Source: Acidimicrobiia bacterium
GTDB lineage: Bacteria; Actinomycetota; Acidimicrobiia; Acidimicrobiales; Bin134
Length of the DNA stretch: 64,000 bases
Reading direction: 5' to 3'
Assembly (NCBI GenBank): GCA_022826705.1
Contig: JAJDUJ010000027.1
Span: 167,880-231,879, forward strand
Within the stretch, counting starts at the first letter, position 1. Every line of letters starts with the position of its first letter. The notes below the pieces were generated by a model. The model saw only the letters and a list, made by a program, of their open reading frames with translations. It was not told the DNA's origin and ran no database searches. Positions 37,947 to 45,785 of the stretch are shown piece after piece. Position numbers and translations under genes: made by a program.

Positions 37947-40900
37947 TCAGGGTTTGGTTACGTCGAGCACTGTGACGGAGATCTTGGTGGATTGCTCCGG
38001 CGTCAGGCTTTGTTCGAGGACCTGCTTCAACTCTTGGGGAGTGGCGGGGCGGTGGCCCTCTGGTGATCGGGCCGTTTTTTCGGCGCCGAACCATAGAACG
38101 AGGTAGATGCCGTGCCCAGAGGTAGCGGGGTCGGTGGTGTACAGGGCGATCAGCTGCTTATGGAGAGAGTCCCAGAGGTCAGGGTGGGGATTCTTCTTGA
38201 TTTCGACCGGCACGTTGAAATCCCCATATTTCGCGCTGATATCAGCTCTCCTGGCTGAGGGGTAGCGGCGCTCCGGCTCAAGGTCGATCTTGTGAGAAAG
38301 ATCGCATGCTCGAAGGATTCGGATCAGCGTGTCTCGGCAGGACTCTTCGTGCCTAGGTGTCGGCTCTGGGCCTTCGTTCCAAAAGTCCTGCCAAGGGTTG
38401 CTGTTATCGCCCAGGATGTATGCTGCGGCTTCGATGAGGTGGTCATTCAACAGCGCCGCCAAGTCTGCCGCGTTGGCTGGTAGGCCGTTGTCGAGCGTGC
38501 GCTGTACTTGCTCGACGCTGGGCTGGCTGTAGTTGGCGTCGCGAAGCAGTATGCGCTGTTGTTCTTCTGCCCGTCTGAGTTGGTCTCTCCAGGGCACAAG
38601 TTGGGGATTGCTGATCAGGTCCAATAAGGCAGCATTGGCTTCGCGACTTGCATTTGAGCTGAGCAACAAAATTAGGTCGTTCATCCGCCAGGATGCATCT
38701 AGCTCTGGGCCGCCCGATACTGCCCCCATGCCGGTGATGTCAATTGGGTCGTAAAAGCTGCCTATGAGCCTTATGAGTGTAGAGATGGCTTGGGGACTTA
38801 GGTTCTTTAGTAGCGGAGATTCGGGGAACCAGTCGTTGTGGAAGCGGCCGCAGAGGAAACCGGTGAGATGTTGGATCCTCGTCTGGTTCTCGCATGCGTA
38901 CTCATCAAGGGAGGCCTGATGTTGTTCAGGCGAGATCAGCGCCCCAACCACTAGCCATCGAACCCGCTGAGCGACGCTCATGCTGTTCATGGAGAGCTTT
39001 TGATCAATTAGTTGCTCAAGGTCGGGCTTGTCAACCCTAAGCAACTTGTCCAGGAGCCGGTCGAGAAGGTGCATTTGGTCTTTCGGAGCGCGTACGGGAA
39101 ACGAACTCAGCAGCCTTGCGGTCAGTTGGTGGGCGAGGTCGGGATGCGTGCCTTCGATGCGCTCCAGTTCATTGAGCCCAGGTAGGATTTGCTCACCCGA
39201 TCGCATCGCGGCGTGGGCACACTTGAAGAGAACATCGGCTACTGATTCGGGGTCCTGTTCCAGCCATCGGTCAAACCAGTGCGTTGGCAGATTGGGGCGA
39301 TTTGCGAACGGGGAGAAAACACAGAAGTAGGTGGCAAGGGTGTTGCGCCTTTGCGTCTCGTCGAGTTGGTCCAGCAACGTCGGGTCTTCCCTAGAGAGCA
39401 AGTCGAGGCTCGTGATCACCGGATATGCCAACCACGAGTGCTTCGATTCCAAGGACAACAAGATCGTTTCTTGGGCATCGGGAACGTCATCCCGCCAGAC
39501 GGCATCCCGTAAAGCCACCATGACAGCGTCGACGAGGTTGGGGTCGCCTCCGATGAACTCCCCGATTCGTTGGCGGGGATTGGCATCTTTGTCGGCCCAG
39601 CCGAGTTCACCAAAGTACGCCCGTGCCAAGGTGTGGAGATTCGGGGGGTGGAACCGGTTTGCCCGCAGCTCCGACTCTTGGGACCGCAGTTGAGTGTCCC
39701 AGTCTTCCCGTCTTTGACGCTCTTCCTCCTCCTGCTCAGCGATTCGGATTTGCCGCCGCTGCTGGGATTCGGTCGGTTTAGGATCAGGAGTGCGTGGCGT
39801 GCGGAGTTCCTCAAGTCGCTGCTCCAGATCGCCGTGCCCCCGTGTTCGGGCCTGCAGCAATTCAAGCGATAGGCCATCGTTGATCGCCGGGTTATGTAGT
39901 GATCGGTACGACTCTGCAAGGAAGTAACGGGCCGCAGGCAGCTCAGAATCTGCCAGCTCTACCGCTTTGTCCAAACACCACTGGCCAAAATCTGCGGGAG
40001 GCGCGCTTCCTAGTAGCACGTCACAGAATTCCCAATTGTGGAGCATCGAGAAGCGTTCCTGATCGTCCTGCTTGAGCCAAGCCAGAAACAGTGCCTTTTG
40101 GATCTGAGGACGAGCATTTAGCCACTCTTGAATGGGGCGTAGATGGTCTTCCCTCCAATGGGATCTCTCCACAAGTTCGGCGACAAGGCCGAGCCAGTTG
40201 TATAGGCGAGACAGCTCGACATCCTCTCCGCACTCCGCTAACGCACGGGCCAGCAGTTTGAAGGGTAAGTCGTCGGCCATCGATGCGCTGAGGGCGGGAA
40301 TGAGGTTCGAAGCGTCTTCGTGCAGGGCGTCGAGCAACTCCAATATCTGCTGACTGGAGGATTCCTTGATCAAATCTTCGTATAGGAACTGACTAAGGCG
40401 GTAGCGGACGTTGTGCGGGTTGAAGGGCAGGGCGTACCGCCACACCTGCGAGGGGCTCAGAGGATCGGGGTAAAGGCTGTTGAGCAGGATTCCCCGAAGT
40501 TGCCCGTCTGGGTCTGGAAGCACGTTGCTGCGGATTTCTTCAAGGAGCTGCTGAAGTTGGCGTGTCCTTACGTTGCATGGGGGGGCGACATGCAAGAACG
40601 TTTCCAAGGCAAAGCCCCTGGTATCCGGTGGCCGTCCGGGGTCGCACGCGATTGCCCATACGTCAGAGGTCAGTTCGGCTAGACGATCCAGTTCCGACTC
40701 TTCAGCCTCGGACAGGATTTCAAGGACGAACTCGACAATTCGGTGTTCGCCGATTCCAGACCCCGGTCTTGTGAGCACATCTCTTATGGCGTCTGCCATG
40801 TCGGCCGAGGCCAGAGACCGAAATGCTTGAGCGGTAGACCCCGGGTGCCAACCGCTGCGGTCGTCGGGCCTCTCATGGCCGAACAGCGGACCCTGCTCGG

Positions 40901-42110
40901 CGAACGTGGCCAGTGACTCCAAAAGCTGTTCCTTCTCGTCGGGGGTTAAGCCTCCGATATCTCCGTATAAGCCGACGCCAATGGGGTCGGCCTCAATCAG
41001 CTTTCGACGGGCGGTGGAGGAGTGCGCTGCCAGCCAGGCGGAGAGTCCCCTTAGCACGGTCGCGACCCTTTGGTCGCTGGGGCTGGTCATCAGCGACATG
41101 GTTCTGCTTGCTGGAAGGCCATCTCTGGTCAGCTTGGCCAGGTAGCGACCCCCCAAGAACTCTGCGACGTGTCGGTGAACAGGTCTGACTCGTCGCTCGT
41201 CGGCACCGCTGAACAATCTTGTTCCAAGGGTTCGTTTCAGGCTGCTGCGGGATAGTTGGTCTGGCGGTTCCTGTAGTTCGTCGACGGATGGGAACAAGAG
41301 GTCGTCGAGTAGGGGAGTCAAGGAGTACCCCTCGGTGCCGGCAAGCAACTGCAATGCGCACAGATAGCCAGCAGCATCCATGGCGGTATCCGACGGAATG
41401 TGATCAGCTCGCTCCAGGTGCTCCTCGTTCTGCTCAGCAGCCATCTTGTGGCAGGCCAACTCAAAGGTCTCCTGTCTGCTCTTGGGCCACACTCCACCTT
41501 GGCCCACCGCTTTGGCGAGCAGTGTCAGCGTCTGTGGGTTGCGCAGCACCGCGCCCATACCTCGCTCTTTGGCCTTAGTGATGAACTCTTGGGCGTCTCG
41601 GGAGCCGTCAAGTGAGTTCAAAAGGGCGATGATCGCATCATCATTGAGGGGATCGAGCCGCAACTCGGTGATCTGTGAGTCGGGAGAGACGGTAGCTAGA
41701 TTCTTGCGGTCGTTGGTACCGAGCCAGTCTGCCTCTCGGCAGGAGATGCGGAAGAGGGGCCGTCCAAGCCGGTCGAGTTGGCTGATGATCTGATCCAACG
41801 GCGTTAGAGAGTCAGTAGTGCCAGCCCGCATCTCGTCGAGTCCGTCAATGAAGAGGGTCTTTCCTCGCCACTCTGGATGGGAGTCCACATCAGACCTGTT
41901 GAACTGGCGGGCGCTCAGGTACTCAGCTGCGTCGCCCAACGCTTCAGCCTCTTGCTTGAATTCGGTTGTTTTGCCTGAGCCGGCGTCGCCCAGGAGGGCA
42001 TAAGCCTGGGACTGCCTGAATGCGCTGAGCGGTTTGGGTTCGCTGAGAATGATGCCTCGGTAACCGTCTGAGTCGAGCTCAGTGCAGGTTCGATCGACTG
42101 GGGTGCTCAT
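37947..42110 (-). CDS. 1387-aa STAND/NACHT-like P-loop NTPase with a long helical region and a C-terminal PD-(D/E)xK-like nuclease motif
   Basis: Walker A LLGDAGSGKTT (41964-41990), Walker B TLFIDGLDE, NPQTLTLLA after the NTPase core, and a charged coiled-coil segment QRRQIRIAEQEEEERQRRED. The C-terminus reads EESCRD...RRADIS...VPVEIKK...HKQLIALY (D1290, E1303, K1305; 38196-38243). Confidence 0.75.
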   Translation of the reverse strand: MSTPVDRTCTELDSDGYRGIILSEPKPLSAFRQSQAYALLGDAGSGKTTEFKQEAEALGDAAEYLSARQFNRSDVDSHPEWRGKTLFIDGLDEMRAGTTDSLTPLDQIISQLDRLGRPLFRISCREADWLGTNDRKNLATVSPDSQITELRLDPLNDDAIIALLNSLDGSRDAQEFITKAKERGMGAVLRNPQTLTLLAKAVGQGGVWPKSRQETFELACHKMAAEQNEEHLERADHIPSDTAMDAAGYLCALQLLAGTEGYSLTPLLDDLLFPSVDELQEPPDQLSRSSLKRTLGTRLFSGADERRVRPVHRHVAEFLGGRYLAKLTRDGLPASRTMSLMTSPSDQRVATVLRGLSAWLAAHSSTARRKLIEADPIGVGLYGDIGGLTPDEKEQLLESLATFAEQGPLFGHERPDDRSGWHPGSTAQAFRSLASADMADAIRDVLTRPGSGIGEHRIVEFVLEILSEAEESELDRLAELTSDVWAIACDPGRPPDTRGFALETFLHVAPPCNVRTRQLQQLLEEIRSNVLPDPDGQLRGILLNSLYPDPLSPSQVWRYALPFNPHNVRYRLSQFLYEDLIKESSSQQILELLDALHEDASNLIPALSASMADDLPFKLLARALAECGEDVELSRLYNWLGLVAELVERSHWREDHLRPIQEWLNARPQIQKALFLAWLKQDDQERFSMLHNWEFCDVLLGSAPPADFGQWCLDKAVELADSELPAARYFLAESYRSLHNPAINDGLSLELLQARTRGHGDLEQRLEELRTPRTPDPKPTESQQRRQIRIAEQEEEERQRREDWDTQLRSQESELRANRFHPPNLHTLARAYFGELGWADKDANPRQRIGEFIGGDPNLVDAVMVALRDAVWRDDVPDAQETILLSLESKHSWLAYPVITSLDLLSREDPTLLDQLDETQRRNTLATYFCVFSPFANRPNLPTHWFDRWLEQDPESVADVLFKCAHAAMRSGEQILPGLNELERIEGTHPDLAHQLTARLLSSFPVRAPKDQMHLLDRLLDKLLRVDKPDLEQLIDQKLSMNSMSVAQRVRWLVVGALISPEQHQASLDEYACENQTRIQHLTGFLCGRFHNDWFPESPLLKNLSPQAISTLIRLIGSFYDPIDITGMGAVSGGPELDASWRMNDLILLLSSNASREANAALLDLISNPQLVPWRDQLRRAEEQQRILLRDANYSQPSVEQVQRTLDNGLPANAADLAALLNDHLIEAAAYILGDNSNPWQDFWNEGPEPTPRHEESCRDTLIRILRACDLSHKIDLEPERRYPSARRADISAKYGDFNVPVEIKKNPHPDLWDSLHKQLIALYTTDPATSGHGIYLVLWFGAEKTARSPEGHRPATPQELKQVLEQSLTPEQSTKISVTVLDVTKP

Positions 42111-43378
42111 GTTGCCTCGAACCAGTGGTCGGCGGGTTCGGACAGGAACTCGTGTAGGGGCACGCCGGAGTTCCCTACAACGACGGTTGCTCGGGGCTTG
42201 AAGCGGCGCTCGAATTCCAGAAGTCCGCGATTGGTAGTCCGCGCATGTCCGCTCTTGACTTCGATGCCAACCACTTGGGGGCCCCTTTGGAGCACGAAGT
42301 CCACCTCGTAGTTCCCTTCTCTCCAGTACTTGACCGCGGTGGCCGACGAGGCCGTGTTGAACAGGTGCGCTCCCACTGCGCTCTCCACCAGTCGGCCCCA
42401 GAATGTGCTGTCGGCTCGGGCTTCCTCAAAGGAGTACCTCAAGGCTGTCGACATCAGAGCCGTGTTGAGCACATTCAGCTTTGGTGTTGAGGCCCTGGCT
42501 GAAACCGGACGCTCGGTGTGCTTGGAAAGGCCGGTGATCAGTCCCGCCTGTGAGAGCAGGTCCAGATATCTCGCCAAGGTGGTGGTGTTGCCTGCGTCTT
42601 GAAGATGGCCCAGCATCTTGTTGAACGACAGGATTTGGCCGGAGTACAGCGCCCCGAGCTCGAAGAGCCGCTTCAACAGCGCAGGCTTGTCAACCCTGGT
42701 CATCGCGAGCACGTCCCGCTCGATGTTGGGTTCCACCAGCGCGCCGCGTACATAGGCCCGCCAGCGCTCTTGGTCGTGGGCCAATGACGCGGCCCCTGGA
42801 TAGCCGCCGAAATACACGTACTCATCAAGGCTGTAGCCGAAGGCGTCGGCCATTTCTGGGTAGGACCAGTGCCTGACGTGGATTGGCTCGAACCGGCCGG
42901 CCAGGCTCTCGCTCAATCCCGCCTGCATCAAGATCGGTGCCGAGCCGAGAACAATCACATGGAGGGGACAACCGCTGGCGCGGTCGGCATCCCAAAGACC
43001 CTTGACCACTTCCGACCATTGCTCGATCTTCTGGATCTCGTCGAGAACCAAAACAAAACCCTGTGGCGAGTTCCACGCCTGGCGCCGACTCTGCTTCCAC
43101 ACTTTTTCCAGCCATCGGGCATCACGGAAAGTGGGGTCCAACACCGCGTAGTCGGCTTCTGAGGTGGCCGACGCAAGATCAGCCCTCTGTTCCGGAGCGT
43201 CTATCGCCTCGTAGTGGTGTCGCAGCCCGACCTGCTGGAGACCTTGTCGCGTCGCGGTTGTCTTGCCAGTCTGGCGAGGTCCGAATACGGCAATGAGCCA
43301 TTGCGGGGGCTCTGACAGCCGCTGGACAAGAGTGTCGACGTGCGAACGCCGGAATTCGGCCATACACGCAGTATACAC
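42107..43378 (-). CDS. AAA ATPase of the COG1373 / AAA_14 + DUF4143 type with a restriction-endonuclease-like C-terminus
   Basis: Walker A FGPRQTGKTT, Walker B FVLVLDEIQKI, C-terminal YEVDFV...VGIEVKSG motif. Stop overlaps the next ATG (ATGA at 42107-42110). The likely true start is ATG 43363 (MAEFRR). Confidence 0.8.
   Translation of the reverse strand: MYTACMAEFRRSHVDTLVQRLSEPPQWLIAVFGPRQTGKTTATRQGLQQVGLRHHYEAIDAPEQRADLASATSEADYAVLDPTFRDARWLEKVWKQSRRQAWNSPQGFVLVLDEIQKIEQWSEVVKGLWDADRASGCPLHVIVLGSAPILMQAGLSESLAGRFEPIHVRHWSYPEMADAFGYSLDEYVYFGGYPGAASLAHDQERWRAYVRGALVEPNIERDVLAMTRVDKPALLKRLFELGALYSGQILSFNKMLGHLQDAGNTTTLARYLDLLSQAGLITGLSKHTERPVSARASTPKLNVLNTALMSTALRYSFEEARADSTFWGRLVESAVGAHLFNTASSATAVKYWREGNYEVDFVLQRGPQVVGIEVKSGHARTTNRGLLEFERRFKPRATVVVGNSGVPLHEFLSEPADHWFEAT
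43363..43375 (-). promoter_or_regulatory. Putative -10 box (TATACT) positioned for a leaderless transcript of the AAA ATPase gene
   Basis: The minus strand reads TATACTgcgtgtATG, with the hexamer ending 6 nt before the A of ATG 43363. There is no Shine-Dalgarno sequence. Leaderless mRNAs are common in Actinobacteria. Confidence 0.35.
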
Positions 43379-43383
43379 GGTCG

Positions 43384-43421
43384 GATTATGCTATTGAGTA
43401 AAGTTACTCAATAGCATAATC
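43384..43421. repeat. Perfect 18-bp AT-rich inverted repeat (gattatgctattgagtaa / ttactcaatagcataatc) with a 2-nt spacer
   Basis: Read directly. Lies between the tmRNA 3' end (43424) and the AAA gene start. Could be an operator, a recombination site or an ssrA terminator stem. Confidence 0.9.
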
Positions 43422-43423
43422 AG

Positions 43424-43811
43424 GGTGGAGCTGGGGGGAATCGAACCCCCGTCCGCTGGGCGAGATCTGTCTGTGATACGACCATTCCCGGTGTGTGGCG
43501 TCGATGGCAGCCGCGCCGCCGGGTCGGGCGGCCCCCGTTAGGGGGCCCGCCACCGGGTCTGTTCCCCGGAGCCAGCGGTCTTTCCCGCCGTCAGTGGTCT
43601 GTCCCTACTGTCTCCACCGCTTCTGTTGCCGGGCTGCGGTGGACCGGCCCCGCGTGCCGTTACCGGTCGCGGTTCTTCTCTAGGCCAGAAAGATCAGGCT
43701 GCGAGAAGTTCACGGTCTTCGCCGTTTAGTTGGTTGCCCCGTTTTGCGAGTCTGAGCAACTCGGGTCGCACAGCGCAGCCCTCGGTCCCAACGTCGAAAC
43801 CGATCAGCCCC
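43424..43811 (-). ncRNA. ssrA: tmRNA (SsrA), one-piece
   Basis: The minus strand begins GGGGCTGATCGGTTTCGAC and ends GGGGGTTCGATTCCCCCCAGCTCCACC (tRNA-Ala-like acceptor and T arm). The internal tag frame GGC GAA GAC CGT GAA CTT CTC GCA GCC TGA ends in LAA (43694-43723). Confidence 0.9.
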
Positions 43812-43977
43812 GTGTGCACAGTTGTCAAGGTGCCCCGCCATGATACCGGCCCGGCGCGACAGCGATCCCCAGGATTTGGTAGCTAAGTCCGTCTCTTGAC
43901 GGGCTTCGTCGGCTGAAGAGGCCCGACGCTGCGGGGATTCTGGGCTAGATTTCTCGCCAATAACCGGGTAGGGCGAG

Positions 43978-44910
43978 GTGCTCGGATCAGAGGAGGCTCG
44001 GCTGCGGGTTGGTTTCGTTGGGTTGGGGACGATGGGCGGGCCCATGTGCCGGCGACTGGTGGCCGCGGGTTACTCAGTGATTGCGTTCGATCTCAGCGAG
44101 GAGGCGCTGAGTGTCGCGGTTGAGGCCGGTGCGGAAGCGGGGAAGTCGGCCCGCCAGTGCGCTAAAGACGCCGATTTCATGTTGACGTCGCTGCCAGCGC
44201 CTCACCACGTGGAATTGGTGATGGCTGGGCCGGACGGTGCTTTGGCGGCCATGAAGCCGGGCGCGGTGTGGGTGGATCTCACCACTAACCGCCGAGAGCT
44301 GGTGCTGGAGTTGGCTGCGGCTGCCCCAGAGGGTGTGTCGGTGGTGGACGCTCCGGTGACCGGGGCAGTGGACGGAGCTCGCCAAGGCCAGCTGACGGTG
44401 TTCGCGGGCGGCGATCCCGAACCGGTGGCCGCGGCCCGAGAATTGCTGGGACATCTCGGCAATGTGCTGGAGTGCGGGCCTCTCGGCACCGGCAACGTGG
44501 TGAAGCTGGTTACCAACCAGCTGTGGTTCGTTGCTGCGGCCGCGCTGGGGGAGGGGCTGGCGGTGGGGGTGGCCAACAACGTGGACTTGCGAACACTGTG
44601 GGAGGCCATCTGCGACAGCGTTGGCGACAGCTTCGTGGCCCGCCATGACGCCCCGAGCATCTTCGCCGGCCACTACGACCCGTCGTTTCCGCTCGGGCTA
44701 TGCCTCAAAGACCTGGGGCTGATCGAGGAACTGGAGGCGGGTGTGAATGCCGAATTGCCCATGACTGCTGCGGCTAGAAGTGCCTTCGAGCGCGCCGCGC
44801 AGCGCTACGGCGTCGACGCCGCCGAACTGTGCGTGGCCCGGCGCATTGCCGACGATGCCGGTGTCTGCTTGCAGCTCGACGGAGACTGGACACCCCATTG
44901 GGAGGCGTGA
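43978..44910 (+). CDS. NAD(P)-dependent oxidoreductase, 3-hydroxyisobutyrate/6-phosphogluconate dehydrogenase-like
   Basis: 310-aa ORF with the N-terminal Rossmann motif VGFVGLGTMGGPM and the HIBADH-type C-terminal helical domain. Confidence 0.8.
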   Translation: MLGSEEARLRVGFVGLGTMGGPMCRRLVAAGYSVIAFDLSEEALSVAVEAGAEAGKSARQCAKDADFMLTSLPAPHHVELVMAGPDGALAAMKPGAVWVDLTTNRRELVLELAAAAPEGVSVVDAPVTGAVDGARQGQLTVFAGGDPEPVAAARELLGHLGNVLECGPLGTGNVVKLVTNQLWFVAAAALGEGLAVGVANNVDLRTLWEAICDSVGDSFVARHDAPSIFAGHYDPSFPLGLCLKDLGLIEELEAGVNAELPMTAAARSAFERAAQRYGVDAAELCVARRIADDAGVCLQLDGDWTPHWEA

Positions 44911-45782
44911 TGCAACCGACCGCGCCGGTTTCGCTGGCCGACTTGGTTGAATTGGAGGAATTTCCGATCCACGATCCGGCCTCACCGCGATACCTAGAGG
45001 TGGTAGACGTTGCCCGGAGCGGCCTGCGGGCCGAGGGCTGTGCCGTGCTCAGCGGCTTCGTGCGGGCTGAAGCGATCGAGCTGCTCAACGAAGAAGTCCT
45101 CGAGCGCAAGGAGGCCACCCACTACTCCACCCAGGTGATCAATCCCTACTTCCACACTGCCGTGAACCCCGATTATCCGTCCGATCACCCGGTGAACACC
45201 TTCCTCGAGCGCACCAGCGGCTTCATCCCCGGGGACGCCTGGGACCAGGACTCTGCCACCGACATGTTGTTTCGGTCACCGGAGGTGGCTCGCTTCGTCG
45301 CCGATTGCCTGGAGATTCCGGCGCTGCATTGCTACGACGATCCACTGGCCCGGCTGGTCACCAACGTCTGTGACCCGGGCCAGCAGCTGACCTGGCACTT
45401 CGACACCAATGAATTCACGGTCACCGTGTTGGTTCAGCCTGCCGACGAGGGCGGCATGTTCGAGTACGCGCCGAGTATCCGATCAGCCGACGACGAGGGG
45501 TTCGACGCCATCGCCGAGGTGCTGGCCGGAGGCCGACGCGGAGTGACAACCCTGGATCTTCGCCCCGGCGACCTCCAGATCTTTATGGGCCGCTTCTCGA
45601 TGCATCGGGTGACCAGGGTGGGGGAGAAGTCAAGGCCCCGCCACACCACCATTTTGGCCTACACCCCCGAGCCCGGCGTGATCGGCCGCGTGGAGCGCAC
45701 CCGCCAGCTCTTTGGGCGCGTTTTGCCTGCCCACGAGCACGCCGAACAGGAACGAGTCCGCGCCGACGCCCTGCTCGATTGA
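44910..45782 (+). CDS. Putative Fe(II)/2-oxoglutarate-dependent oxygenase
   Basis: ATG 44910 overlaps the upstream stop (TGATG). Contains an HxD...H facial-triad candidate (WHFD ... FSMHRV). The assignment is tentative. Confidence 0.5.
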   Translation: MQPTAPVSLADLVELEEFPIHDPASPRYLEVVDVARSGLRAEGCAVLSGFVRAEAIELLNEEVLERKEATHYSTQVINPYFHTAVNPDYPSDHPVNTFLERTSGFIPGDAWDQDSATDMLFRSPEVARFVADCLEIPALHCYDDPLARLVTNVCDPGQQLTWHFDTNEFTVTVLVQPADEGGMFEYAPSIRSADDEGFDAIAEVLAGGRRGVTTLDLRPGDLQIFMGRFSMHRVTRVGEKSRPRHTTILAYTPEPGVIGRVERTRQLFGRVLPAHEHAEQERVRADALLD

Positions 45783-45785
45783 AGT

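Noticed and set aside
43493-43886. Several 60-110-aa ORFs on both strands across 43.49-44.05 kb
   Set aside because: They lie inside, or run antisense to, the tmRNA gene, whose 5' and 3' tRNA-like ends and tag frame explain the region.
43812-43977. Looked for the ssrA promoter and the promoter of the divergent dehydrogenase gene (TTGACA-like hexamers at about 43821 and about 43898)
   Set aside because: Hexamer spacing relative to the mature tmRNA 5' end and to any -10 box was not convincing. This cannot be resolved without TSS data.
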